Part shown: positions 31,104 through 43,612 of the stretch, one piece after another | Numbering within the stretch: position 1 is the stretch's first letter | Layout of the letters: each line of letters opens with the position of its first letter | Assembly: GCA_964019425.1 (NCBI GenBank) | Contig: OZ025789.1 | Coordinates: 186,001 to 250,000 of the forward strand | Length of the DNA: 64,000 bases | Origin: Flectonema sp. DT1601 | Taxonomy: Eukaryota | Direction: 5' to 3' | The notes under the pieces: model-generated | The model's input: the letters and a program-made list of their open reading frames with translations, nothing else | The model's database searches: none | What the model was told of the DNA's origin: nothing | Position numbers and translations under genes: made by a program

Positions 31104-32136
31104 TCACAAACGATAAGTAGAAAAACAAACAAACTTATAGTGTAAGTGTGAAAGGGGACAAGAGTGTGATGGGATGAGAGAAAGGGGGATAGGGAGGGTG
31201 AAGAACTGTAAGAAATGAATGATTAGTAAGACTCCTTAAGAACACGATGCTAATTATGAAGCTCACCCTAAAACGAAAGCTGTGAATGACTGCAGTGACC
31301 TCGGGTAGCTTCTCATCACTAGTTTCCATAGTCATGAGAACTGGATAGATAATTAATAAACTAATTGTTAACCTTCACTTCACTTTACTTCACTTCAAAT
31401 AAAATAAAAATCGTTCCGAACTCCAGATAGCAATGGTGAGGTTTTCCAAACACAACGTTGGAGGTGTTATTTTTTTTTTCTTTTTCTTTTTTTTTGTCGG
31501 CTAGAGTGAGAGTTACTTAAAAAACTTTCTTTTCTGAAAATTAATTAATTTTTTTTTCCTGTTTTTTTTTTAAGTCCAGCATTCATGTCATAATCATTGT
31601 TTTATTTTAGTTTTTTTTTTTTTTTTTTTTTTGTTTCTTTTTTGTTGGCGATCAGTAAAATAAAAAGGGAGAAAAAAAAAAGACAAAAAAGAAAAAGTAA
31701 AATCCAACATGCTGTGGAATACTTACAAAATAGTAAGTTCGGAGGGGAAAACGAGGTTCTCACAACTCGCAAAAGTTCAACGAACTCGCGAGTTTGTTTT
31801 CCGCAAGAAGATTTTCCAGCGAGTAGTTTTTTTTCAAGTTCTTAAGAAAATGAAATTAATAATTTGAATGTTAATTTGGTCAGCTGTTGCAAAAAGAGAA
31901 AGCGTGGGAGGAATAGAAAAGAAAGAAAAAAAGAAAATAAAACCCGGGACCTAGAGATGGGTTAGGAACCTCTCGTGTCAAAAGAAAAACAACCCAAGAA
32001 ATGTTATAAAAGGGGTTTGTGGGGGGAAGTACGCGACCTAGAGATGGTTTTAAGAAACTCTCGCGTGCTATCGAAAGAATAAAAAAATTAAATAAATGTT
32101 TCCAACAGATCAACAATCATCTTGTTGAGCATGAAC

Positions 32137-33241
32137 TCAATTCATATCCTCAATAATAGCAGTAGGTATCGTAAAGGTGTTATCGTCTTCACCCGAAAGC
32201 TTCCAACACACTTTACAAATATTCTGAAGATCATTTACATTACCACCTTCATAGGCTATTTTATATCTCTCCCAGTTGCTGCTTTTGTCTAACGCGGAAA
32301 GTTCATGATGAACAGCACCATTCCAGTTCTGTAGTCCGCCTGGACACTTTATTACATAAAACATTGTAGTAGTTCCTGGATGGTAGTAGACATCTTCTGT
32401 TTCCGCAATAGCGATGTTAAGTTCATCCAATATGTCATTTGATAAGAAGGGTTTGAGTTCTTTTTCTATTTCTCGAATTGCGGTGCCTCTTGAGTTGGAT
32501 AGCTTCTCAATACGTCCTCCAGGTAGGGCAAAGTACTCAGACGAGCCAACAGAGTTTACAAATAAGAATGTATTGTCACGTCCTCTGTGGATTACAACTC
32601 GTGATTTTCTGACTGGAATTTTACCTTCCGTTGGATATTCCTCATCTTCCTGATGCAGAACTTTCACGCCTTCAAGACCTTCGAGTGAGTAGATACCACC
32701 AGAACCTCTTGGTTGTTTACCTAAATATGTTTTCCTGATTTTCATTGCAGTTGTATCACTGCCGTCTCCTTTGTTCTTAATCAACTCGCACTCTGCGCTG
32801 CTCAGTTCAAAATATTCAAATTCAAATGAAAGCTGCAGCGGAAACTTAAATTTTTGATTAAAAGATTCCATAAATGTGATCTCCTCTTCAGTATCCTCAC
32901 CATTCTTTATCCCGACAACAGCGAGTTGATCTGTGAAATAAAACACTTCAAACATGGGTTCCTTTGCGCTCAACTCAGCTAATTCCAAATCCTCCAGCTT
33001 AACAGTCATTCGTACTCCTACGCTAGGAGCAAGACGCCACAAGGCAGTTAATCCATAAATAAGTTTAGTCTTTTCCAAGAAAGCATGGTTGACAATTTGA
33101 GGAGGTATAGTGACATCTTGAAATATATCTGGTAATACCATGATATACATTCTGGTGTCTTCTCCAAAGGTACTGACAATGCTCGCTGTCTCTTTGTTTC
33201 GTGCTTTAAATGCCGGCATACTTAATAGTTGCGTAGTCAAT
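32137..33241 (-). CDS. Nudix-fold-like protein; probably the last exon or an unresolved 5' end
   Basis: 367-codon ORF preceded by a CAG acceptor at 33242-33244. FALPGGRIEKLSNSRGTAIREIEKEL resembles a degenerate Nudix box. Confidence 0.6.
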
Positions 33242-34830
33242 CTGATATTTAAATAATAATAATAATAATCGACGCCTCACTATAATAAATAAGAATACGA
33301 CCTGAATAACAAACCTGTCAAGCATATTAAAAAAAAAAAAAAAAAAAAATACTTATAATATTATTATAAAGTTTTTTTTATTTTTTGTTAGTTTTGAATA
33401 TGTATTTAGTGACACCAAGTTAAGGACATTAAAGAATAAAAGCTCAATCAAAATAATCACTGGTCTACTTGTTACCGTAACGACTTTCAGTTCATCATTT
33501 TCGAGATCTCTTTGGATCGCTGGTGAGCTTCAGCAAGCGGCTGAACCCTCCTCGACATTTCATCTTCTTCGAGTTGCTGAAATAAAAGTTACAAAAAGTT
33601 AGTTGTAATCTGATCATAAGAATAGGAAGTTATCACAACGAAAATGAAAAATAAAATAATCAAAAAAAAAAAAAAAAAAAAAAATCAATAAAGCACAATT
33701 GTTCTGCTGTTCGTTCCATCGCCGTGGAATACGCAGTTTCAGGAGCCTTAATCTTATACTACTCGTCCCATCAAATAATAATAAGATTTTAGTTAGTTAG
33801 TTGGTCGGTTGGCTTCGGAAATATCGACACATTTACTTGACAATAAAATCAAGGAGAACAAAAAAAAAAAGAGAGGGGGGAAAAAAAGTAAAACAATGCG
33901 TATTAGTTAGAATATGAGTTTTCCATAAGATAGCTGCACTAAAAAATAAAAACTACATAAAATAAAATTGTTTCTGCTGTTCCACAAATAATCCAACGTT
34001 ACTGTATATTATGAGTGCTCTAAGAGGGTAACTCACAGCAATAGAGGACCAGTATGGATTGTTGAATTAGCTTCAACCGAAGGGATGTTTATTTTTTTTC
34101 AACCTTAACAAACCATTGAACTAAAGTGTTAACAATAAAAGAGAGACACACGACAACGTTATTAGAACCTGAACTTTTTTATAAAAAATATATATAAAAA
34201 AAAAGAAAACTTACAAAGAACAAAACGTGGGGAGGCAACTTTGATACTATGATTAAATATAAAAAAGCAACTTGAAACCTGGGCTAAAAAAAAACTAAGA
34301 TAGAGTTAGGCAAAACTGGTTGCAATGAATAGAGACTAACAGTTGGATTCTATAAAATTCAACTATGCTGTCGAATATGGACCATGAACAGCAGGTAGGT
34401 TTAGAACCCGAGGCCCCCATCGGACTAATCTCATCGAAGTACCAAAATTGTAATAAAAGTTAACAGAAGGGGGGCAATCATTCCTCAATGTTGAGGAGAA
34501 GAGAAGCCTCTCAATTAACTGGGAAAAAAAGAAAATTACTACTATTTTTTTTTTTTAAAAAGAGAGGGGGAAAAAAAAAAAAAAAAAAACTTTATTATTT
34601 TGTTTGTTTTTATTTGCGAACGTCAGGGATCTCGACTCCCGGAACCTCACGAGATAAATAGTCAAGAGGCTCTACCAAAAGTGAATGATAACCCTCACAG
34701 TTAACACACCAGCATGTGAGACACAGCTGGTTAATGAGAGGGATTCCCTCCTGAGCTGTATTTGGAGAAGTGCTCATCCCTTATAACAAAGGACGAGTTT
34801 TTTTGTATTTTTTTGTTTTGTTTTAGTTAT

Positions 34831-34917
34831 CAACGTGAATAGACCCAAATCCCTGTTAGGATAGTATAGCTTTAGACTAACGAGTCTTCCTGAACACGGC
34901 ATGTTATTGTTCAGATT
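34831..34917. repeat. 87-bp dispersed repeat, copy A
   Basis: Matches 49683-49769 in the same orientation, with 5 mismatches by eye. Confidence 0.9.
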
Positions 34918-36178
34918 ATTTAAAAAAAAAGCGGTTTCAGTTTGTTGAATAAGCAGAGAATGAGGTCGGAGACGAGTACCAGAGAGTGCAAGACAACGAT
35001 CTATGAATAGCTTTAACAACATTCTACTGAGTCATTACTTAATTTCTAAAGAGAAATTACAAATAGGAGGAGGGGAAAAAAAAAACAGTGTATCAAAAAG
35101 AGTCTGCTGCTTATTTTTGCTTCTAGAAAAAAACAGGACAGCCAAAGTAATCGGAAAGTGTACATAAATATAAATCCCATGATTAGTTCACCCTGTATAT
35201 ATTTCACGGGGCTCTTTTAAGAATGCCTTATGCATTGTTTAAAAGATTCCATACTTTTTTTTTTTTTTTTTTTGCAGCCTGCTTGTATACAACAGAGACT
35301 TTAAAGTGGGTGACTATATGAAATTCATTTAAAAAAAAAAAAAGAATATAAGAAATAAAAATAAAGAAAGAAACATCTGCAGGGCGGTATGATTGCACCG
35401 CAAAATAGTTTCTATCGCAACAGCGAACGACAACAACAACAAAAAAAAAATTAAAAAAAATGATACGCTTACGCTTTCCTGTTTGTTAAGCAAGCATTCT
35501 CTTTGCCTGCTTAACAAAATGAAAAGGATGAAGAAAAGAAATAGGAACAAAAAAAAAAAAAAAAAAAGGGGGACACACTACGTTTAATGAAATAAGGCAG
35601 AGACGTATAACAGCTTGCGATGCTGTGGCGATCTCTCGACAAAAACTGCAGCAGTCACTTAATTTTTTTTTCAAAAAAAAAAAGACAAAAACAAAACAAA
35701 ACTAAAAATCAAATCAAGAAAAGAGAACAAATCGAATGCTAAGAAGTCATCAAACCCTCAAAAGAGTACAAAAATAATATAAAATAACTGAGCGTACCCC
35801 TACTAAAAGTAACTTATTTTATTCACAGGACTAAACCAGTAATAGAATAGGCGTACTTATAACGACTTCCTGTCCCTCTCTATTTATCTCTATTCTATCG
35901 TAATGCTACCTTTTTTTCCTTTCCTTTTTCTTTCAATCTTAAAACACACACACGTGTGTTTAACACATAAACCAATCAGCAAAATAAAAGTAAAGTTCAT
36001 AAAAGATTGCTCTCCTTTAAAACTTTTTTACTATTATTTTTTTATTTTTTTTTTTTAAATCTTAGCTTTTGTGAATAACAAACACAACAACAAAAAAAAA
36101 AAAAAAAAAAAAAATTAAATCACCGCGTTAACAGAGAACGAGATGATGGGCTGTCTGACTGAATGGGTTTCAGAAATT

Positions 36179-36219
<41 letters not shown>

Positions 36220-37139
36220 ATCTTTCCCCTCCTCTTTTTTTTTTTTTTTTTTTTTCCAGAAATCACGTCAGAGTGAGCAGCATCATTAATTTAGCAAACT
36301 CACCACCGCCCTCTACTATCTGCAATAAGAAGAGTTTGAGAAGGAAGACAGCATTCTCACACAAGACAAGACAAGTGCTCTTCATTTTTAAAAAAAAAAT
36401 TCTAAAAAAAAAAAAGGAACGGAAAGGAAATTCGAAATAACGCACCTTCAACTGGGAAATAGACAAAAAGAAACAAGAACAGCCATTCCCATCCTTTCTC
36501 TCTATTTATTTATCTATTTATTTATCTGTTTATTTTTTTTCCACCAGACCGAAGAATCAGCCAAACCTCATGATTAAAAGTGGGAAAAGAAAAGAAAAAA
36601 AGGGTTTTCACTCCCAAAATGGAATGTTGAGAAGCACCAGCGAGCTCGATCAATTCACCGACAAGCAGCACCAGTAGATGAATTAAATCCGATATCGCGT
36701 TTTTCTTTCTCAGTAAAGAGAACCCGTCAACATGACTACGAGGCTAGTTATTAAAATACAAACTGATGACTACGAGGGGTCTGGGTAGCCCGCATCAGTA
36801 ACGACCCAATCGCGAAGATTGCCCAGAGGATAACAGGTTGAAAACAAAACTAAAAATGATTTGGGGAGCGGAGGAAGCGTTAAAAAGAATATCTAGTCGT
36901 ACTCAGAAGGGGGAAAATAAAACAAAACTACTACAACACTACCACGATTGTGATCATGGAGATGTGATTTGTAGTGCGAATCGACCTGACCGGTTGCTCC
37001 TGTCAGGTTGACAGCATCTACTAAAGTCACTATGAAATGATGAAGAGTATTTAAGATCCGATCCTTATAAATGGATTGTAAGGAGAAAAGAAGAGAGCTT
37101 TTAAAAAACAAAACAAAAAAAAAAACAAAAAAAAAACTT

Positions 37140-40100
37140 TCAAACAGACAACACAGAATCCTTAAACGTAACAATAACGGATTGACCGTCTCCATCCATA
37201 TTTCCATTATTTGTTGTAAATGTGAACGCGTATCCACTATCTTGCCAACGTGCCAATGAATGTGATGTGGTTGCTGCATTCGTTACAAGTTGTGTTCTTA
37301 CAAATAACCCGACGGTACTACATTCTGATAGATACAACGAGTTAACATTGCCTGCAACAGTCGCATGGGACATCATGAAATTACCATTTGAAAGAGGTAG
37401 AAGAGAAAATTCACCTTTGAAATTCTTCGTTACAAGATTAAAAGAAGACCCTGAAGTTGACCCGTCATTCAGATACGCTTGACAAGACAACAACCCAGAT
37501 GATAATACATAAAAACAAACAAGGATCCTACCGTCATTTAACACAATTGCTTTTTGATTTGCTGAACTTTGAAATAACTGAATACTATCACCAAGAACAT
37601 TCAAACCAGAGTTCAAGAACCTCATGTAATTACCGTTTGATCCTGTTTCCCATAACACAACAACATTATTTTTAGTCAAATACAATATAATTGGATTCCT
37701 GGAGTTGAATTCACTACTAACAAGTGTTGGTCCATTGAGGGCAGCAGTGAAGGTAAAACTTTCAACGTAAATGCTATTATCACCAACGATTGCGAAGTAT
37801 AAATTATTATTAGAATCTTGTGTCACGGCAGCTCCTGAATAAGTTGAAACATCGAGGGTATCTGCGACAGTAAACGAGGGTGTCGATGGATTCCCACTCG
37901 ATGATAATTGCGTCACTGAAATACGATTCGTGATCTCTAAACTAACCATCCAATAACCAGAAGAGCTTCCAGCTGTCGTGTCGTATTTATCGACATCTGA
38001 ATCGACCTGTCTTGATGAAGACCACTCGTTTAGTTCATTCAAATATCTTCCTCTAATTTCATTCCCTTCAGGAACAGGAACTCTGTAGGCAAAGAAAACA
38101 CCTCCATTTGATCTGGTTATGGCTGTTGAATAGTGCTGATTACCTGATGTAGTTGAAGATAGTACTTCTAGTTGAAGGTCAGTGAACTTACCTGCCATTC
38201 CGTAGATGCTTTGCCTGGTGTTATCCTGAAACCTGCTCTCCCAAGATATAAAAAGTCCACCAGATCCTAAGCGAGTAACGCAACCGTTACTTTGTTGTAA
38301 GTCTGTGTATGTGTTAGCAATCGCACCGGTGATAGCAGGCATTCCAGATCTGTCAAATTTTCTATAATAAACATTACCCGACGAGCTCCACGTTATAATA
38401 AAATCTCCATTCAGAAACGTTACAATCGAAGTCGGCTTTTGATTACCAGACTGGTCGCTATTCACTTGGAATTCAGAACCATATTTGTTACCCGTTGAGA
38501 ATGACAACAGCTGTCCATAAACGTCGTTGAAAATATTCGGTTTCGCACTCTGCCATGTTATAACAAAATTACCTCCTGGTAACATCCCACAGTGAGCATT
38601 ACTTTGCGAGCTATCGCTGTATGTGTTGACTAGAATTTGATTAGCGAAATTAGCGACACCTCCCAAATTATAAGTTCTGGTGTAGACATCATAACGAGAT
38701 CCATCTGTTCCCAAAGACTGCCAAGTAATTGCGAATTGTCCGTCTTCACCCATACAGACTCGTGGGTATCTCATTGTCGTGTCGGTGATGGTGTTTGCGT
38801 CTGCTACTGGATCGTATTGACTGACTTCTCCGTCGTATCTTCTGAACTTTATAACAGAAGCAACTTGATTAGAGAAACTCTGCCAAGTTATAACATGAGA
38901 ATCATCCAGATATTCATGTGATGCTATCTGGGGATGCATATCTTGTGTTGAAGAGATTGTGTTTACTTTAACGCCAGCTGTGCTGGGAGTTCCATCATTT
39001 TGAAATCTTCGTGAGTAGATATCGACGTCTTTATAAATTGTTGATTGATACACCACCACAAATCCCCTGTAATAACATCCAACAGATGGATATTGTTGAT
39101 CACTGAGTGTGTTGTCGTTGAGTTGAAATTCATTTCCAACAGTTGCTCCACTTGAACTGTAGAGCTGACCTAAGATGCCCCATCCAGAACCATCTTGACG
39201 TTTACCTGACCAAACTACAATCACACCACCGTTGCTTAGACCGCATGAAGTTGGGTTTACTTGTAAAGTTTTGTCAAAAGAATTTATTTTAAACTCAGGT
39301 GAATATTGAATCAATGGCGTTGCTGCTTTACTTTTAATAACATACATACTGATGAGACCTTCTGAATCTTCAGACAGGTACGAAACAAGAAATCCGTTAC
39401 CTCCATAAGAAGATATCGAACCAAACTGTTGATTTCCAATGATGTGCCCGTCTTGCCATGTTGGTACAGATGTCGGTACTATCGTATTTCTAACAAAGTT
39501 ATAAAGTCGATATTGAAGTGCGATGTCACAAATATTATCACAGACACTGTTAGTGAATAAAACCATAACTAAACCTTCTCTAGTCACATCTAAATCAACG
39601 ATGTCTTGATCACCTGCATCTTCACCCACAAGGATATTTATAGCATTCCCATTCACGTTGTAGTAAACACCTAAACTGATAGTGTAGACAATAAAAAGAG
39701 TTCCATCAGGGAACCCCTTGATTCTATGATTTAATGCTCCGAGTGTACCTGCTAACACTTGATTAGAAACAGTAGCTGTTACGGTGTCGACAGTGAGAGA
39801 ATTAGAATCCGAAATGGATAAAATATGAGTTCCAGTTACTGGGTGATACCAAACAGATGGTTTCGAATCAGCAACCTGAGATCGTATAACGTGACTAGTG
39901 ACCTGCGTGTTGTCAGAAGTTAGTTCTAAATACATCAACTCACTTGTATGATAAACTATAATGACATTGTCATTAATTGTGATCTCCATATCAAAGTCAG
40001 TTCTCAGCATTGGATTTGAAATTACAGATACGGCAACCGATTCAGGAGATCCCATTCCATTGAATCTTCTTATAAAAATAGAATTATTTTCTATAAGAGC

Positions 40101-41438
40101 AATAATAAATCCTGGCTTTGATCTGAACCCGACTACTCGAACAGCAGTATGACTACTCATTGGAGAATCTAACACTGACATAGAACTGACTATTGCGATG
40201 CCATTCCCATCGAAAACAGTATAGTATGCTTCAGTACCTCCTTCTGTGTATGAATACACAGAAACAGATCCTCCTGATGCCAATGAAGCAGATTTAGGCG
40301 GAAGAATCGCTTGTTTTTGCTCTAAAATTGCTACATCGGTGAATATTTTTCTAATGTACATCGGAGAGTTACTTCCTCTATAAAAAATCATCCAATTTGA
40401 AGACGACGTTCCGATCCTGACAATCGATGCCTGCGACCTGGTTAACGATCCTGGAACCTGAGAAATTTCAGCTTCGACGCTGAGAGACGCGTCGCTGCTA
40501 GCAACTCTAAAAGTTGGGACGTCGTTGTCTAAACTTAAATAAGCCACATGATAACCAAATGGGGGAATCGAAATAAAATCTTCCCATGAGGACCCTTCAT
40601 CTTTTGGTATCAGTGATACACCTGTCGTCAGGTCATTAACGAAATCAATTATTGTGGATCTCGGAAGACCACCTGATCTATAAAACACAACAGCCTTATC
40701 CCCAACTCCTAAAATTGGTTTTATTTTAACATCATCAATTTCCCCAGCAACTGTTATGATTTCAGTATCTTGCAGAACTGACAACTCATTAAATGCCTCA
40801 ACGACAAGAGTCCCTCCATCTTTACGAACTGTCAAGTAACCTTTCGTTTGAGTGTTCCATCGAACTCCTGAAATCAAGTTAGAACTGAGGGTCCCTTGTA
40901 TAACTGATTCATCAGAATACCTGTAAAAAAGACTATTCGAATTGCTCACCCACATTATAATATATCTCGTTGATAAAGAAACCAACGAAAGATCTCTAAC
41001 AGATGAAGGTTCTCCGAAATGCTCTAACAAGAAACCAGATGTTAAGGCGGTACCTGAGGCGTCATATTCTCTGATATTAACATGACTATTATCGTCAATC
41101 CAAGAGACTACAAACCCACCGTGATAAAGACCTACGAGTGATTCACGAAGGTTGTTGATTTCCACGAATCCTTCTCCACTATAAATATTAAAATTATTTC
41201 CACTCTTTTCTCCGTTTGATGTGAATATTTGACCAACTATTTGAGTTCCATCATTGTTTACAAACACAACAACTGCACCTCCTCCCGTCAGTTCAGTGCT
41301 CATTATATCTGAATAGGAGGTCTCGACGTTATCTGAAATTAATTCATCGAACTCATTCACAACTAATGATTGAGAACATGATAACCAGATTGTTGATATC
41401 AGGAATATTATTATTCTTAATTTATGATTCGGATTCAT
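37140..41438 (-). CDS. Large secreted protein (1432 aa) with ~55-aa bacterial-adhesin-type beta repeats
   Basis: Hydrophobic N-terminus (IIIFLISTIWLSCSQS). Repeats follow EFQxN...Q..P....L..GxFVxxWQS...DGS...xYGQ, clearest at about 38180-39300. A further 3' exon is possible. Confidence 0.85.
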   Translation of the reverse strand: MNPNHKLRIIIFLISTIWLSCSQSLVVNEFDELISDNVETSYSDIMSTELTGGGAVVVFVNNDGTQIVGQIFTSNGEKSGNNFNIYSGEGFVEINNLRESLVGLYHGGFVVSWIDDNSHVNIREYDASGTALTSGFLLEHFGEPSSVRDLSLVSLSTRYIIMWVSNSNSLFYRYSDESVIQGTLSSNLISGVRWNTQTKGYLTVRKDGGTLVVEAFNELSVLQDTEIITVAGEIDDVKIKPILGVGDKAVVFYRSGGLPRSTIIDFVNDLTTGVSLIPKDEGSSWEDFISIPPFGYHVAYLSLDNDVPTFRVASSDASLSVEAEISQVPGSLTRSQASIVRIGTSSSNWMIFYRGSNSPMYIRKIFTDVAILEQKQAILPPKSASLASGGSVSVYSYTEGGTEAYYTVFDGNGIAIVSSMSVLDSPMSSHTAVRVVGFRSKPGFIIALIENNSIFIRRFNGMGSPESVAVSVISNPMLRTDFDMEITINDNVIIVYHTSELMYLELTSDNTQVTSHVIRSQVADSKPSVWYHPVTGTHILSISDSNSLTVDTVTATVSNQVLAGTLGALNHRIKGFPDGTLFIVYTISLGVYYNVNGNAINILVGEDAGDQDIVDLDVTREGLVMVLFTNSVCDNICDIALQYRLYNFVRNTIVPTSVPTWQDGHIIGNQQFGSISSYGGNGFLVSYLSEDSEGLISMYVIKSKAATPLIQYSPEFKINSFDKTLQVNPTSCGLSNGGVIVVWSGKRQDGSGWGILGQLYSSSGATVGNEFQLNDNTLSDQQYPSVGCYYRGFVVVYQSTIYKDVDIYSRRFQNDGTPSTAGVKVNTISSTQDMHPQIASHEYLDDSHVITWQSFSNQVASVIKFRRYDGEVSQYDPVADANTITDTTMRYPRVCMGEDGQFAITWQSLGTDGSRYDVYTRTYNLGGVANFANQILVNTYSDSSQSNAHCGMLPGGNFVITWQSAKPNIFNDVYGQLLSFSTGNKYGSEFQVNSDQSGNQKPTSIVTFLNGDFIITWSSSGNVYYRKFDRSGMPAITGAIANTYTDLQQSNGCVTRLGSGGLFISWESRFQDNTRQSIYGMAGKFTDLQLEVLSSTTSGNQHYSTAITRSNGGVFFAYRVPVPEGNEIRGRYLNELNEWSSSRQVDSDVDKYDTTAGSSSGYWMVSLEITNRISVTQLSSSGNPSTPSFTVADTLDVSTYSGAAVTQDSNNNLYFAIVGDNSIYVESFTFTAALNGPTLVSSEFNSRNPIILYLTKNNVVVLWETGSNGNYMRFLNSGLNVLGDSIQLFQSSANQKAIVLNDGRILVCFYVLSSGLLSCQAYLNDGSTSGSSFNLVTKNFKGEFSLLPLSNGNFMMSHATVAGNVNSLYLSECSTVGLFVRTQLVTNAATTSHSLARWQDSGYAFTFTTNNGNMDGDGQSVIVTFKDSVLSV

Positions 41439-42730
41439 TGCTTTAAAAAAAAAGAAATCTAGAGAGAGGGGAAAAAGAGTAGTTTATATAATACATGGTT
41501 CAGAGGCAGGAAAGTGTCCAAAACCTGTTCAAACAACAACTTAAAATAAATTATTGCTAAAAAAACTCATTTGGCATGTTGTGTCTACGCTGTGGATTAT
41601 TAAAAAAAAAAAAAAGTAAAAAAAAAAAAAGGGATATGTCCGATAAGGAGGCAATGGGGGGATTTAGATGAAATGTGTAGTGTGAGTTGTTAATTATTTT
41701 TTCTTTTTTTTCTCTTAAATATCGAAAGATGTCGCATGTGTTCTTTTTTATTTTTTTCTGACTAGTAGTAGTAATGCTGTTTTTTATGAACACGCACATC
41801 TGTCGATGACCTTTTTTTTTTGGTTTTTTTCCTTTTTTTTTTTTGTGCTCTACACCGGTAATGGTTTTACTGTAAATTCTACATAGGTGAGGAGCAGGTG
41901 AGGAACTGGGGTAGATAAAGTGGAGAGGAAGGTACGGGGGTATTATTCATTATGAATCACGATTAGTGATAAATCGTTACAAAAAAAGAGAAAAAAAAGA
42001 GGGAAAAAGACGAACGGAGAGAAAGGTGTACAGAATAACATGACTGCCACAGTGATTTCAACCGTGCTGTCGGGAAAATAGCTTTTTTTGAGAGTAAAAA
42101 AGAAATTAAGTTGGACAAGGCAACTAAATGCCTTGCTATTGTACAGAAAAAAAATAGTTCACTAAATTTTTTTTTTCCTCCCTCTCAAATCACTTTGATT
42201 AAACAAAGGCACAAGATTTCTTCCATTTTTTTTTTTTTTGAGGAAATGTTCTTTTCGCAAACCCGAGTGAGGCACGGTACACAATGATTTCTGAAAAGTT
42301 ATAGCACATCGCGTGTCGTAGTAGTTGGTGTAGTGGTATTATTACAATCAAAAAACAGTGCTGCTACAACATAAAATAGAACTAGATTTGTATCTTTTTC
42401 TTTTTTTTTTTTTTTCATTAATATAACTTTGTGCTCAAACCGACCTTCACCACTAGGCAATATAATCTATGTACATAAATAGTGTTTAGCGAGGGGCACC
42501 AAGAGAAGAACACCGCAACGATAAATAAAAGCATCTGTTAACCAAGTAGTTCTTCATGGCGTTTTTTTTTTTTTGTTTTGTTTTTTTTTTTTTTAAATCT
42601 CAAGTGTTAGCCAAAAAGACTGTAAAGTCATAGGCATGCGTATGACGGGATATAGAGGCGATTTTGAGCGGGAAATTTGGCGGGGGGGAGATTTTAGGGG
42701 AAAAAAAAGAAGAAGAAAAAGGAGGGAATA

Positions 42731-43612
42731 CTATTCGCCATCGAATGGTGATGGGCAGTCGCTGGCACAGCTACCAGCTCCTAGCAGGTGTGGGCCGCCT
42801 GGTCGGGTGCACCAAGGAAGTGAAGTGCATCCTTCAAGACCAAATACTATAGCGATTTCATCATAGCTGTTTTCAACTATTTCATTGTACTCTTGTTGGT
42901 TAGCGTTCACGTGTTTGTGGAATGAAACTGTTTTCCGCTCGTTGTCAAACCTTGGTGAGCAAGCACCCTCATCCCACCCACTTGACAACAAATTAGATCT
43001 CAATCCATTCTCTCTTTGACCTGTACATCCAGTACAGACATACAGAGTGACCCAGAAAACACATTCCTCACCTCTGCAACAAGTCATCTGGATCTGTGAC
43101 TGAGCAGGTAGCGGTCTTGGTAATGGATAAACGTTGATACCTCTGATGTTTGAAGGAAATACTTTATAGACGGTGTGACCGACATCAACTTGATTACCTT
43201 CAATTGGTCCTAAGACGTCAATGTGATGCTCATTACCTGCTGGGTCGAAGTAGTGAACACCACTGTGACAGCCATCAGGTTCGTGAGTAGTGACAATAGT
43301 TTGTAAGTAGTAGTTGTAGACGTCCCCATAAAAGGTTTCATCAGCTCTACATCTGACCCAGTAAACACCCTCAGCAACTAAATTATTTCCGTAAGCATCC
43401 ATGTGAATAGGTGGCATATTATGCAACTCATTAGTAGGGCTTGCCAAGTGCACGTGAAACAGAGTGGCCCATGGATCGGCTCCGAATGGTGGATGTGGAT
43501 AAGCAGCACACCAAATATCAGTGTACTGCCATATGTGTGGTTCGTGGAGCTCAACTTGAACCTGCACGCTGCTTGCGGTGATAAGAACGTCAACAATCGC
43601 GACTATTCCCAT
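42731..43612 (-). CDS. Hypothetical Cys/His-rich protein, possibly extracellular
   Basis: 293-codon ORF from MGIVAIV with coding-like GC content and several paired Cys; no family recognised. Confidence 0.7.
   Translation of the reverse strand: MGIVAIVDVLITASSVQVQVELHEPHIWQYTDIWCAAYPHPPFGADPWATLFHVHLASPTNELHNMPPIHMDAYGNNLVAEGVYWVRCRADETFYGDVYNYYLQTIVTTHEPDGCHSGVHYFDPAGNEHHIDVLGPIEGNQVDVGHTVYKVFPSNIRGINVYPLPRPLPAQSQIQMTCCRGEECVFWVTLYVCTGCTGQRENGLRSNLLSSGWDEGACSPRFDNERKTVSFHKHVNANQQEYNEIVENSYDEIAIVFGLEGCTSLPWCTRPGGPHLLGAGSCASDCPSPFDGE

Noticed and set aside
33470..33580. Exon-like GC-richer segment upstream of the Nudix-like ORF
   Set aside because: All three frames contain a stop between the candidate acceptor and donor.
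33686..33705. CAATAAAGCACA resembling the reverse complement of a spliced-leader 3' end
   Set aside because: Match is too short and does not extend.
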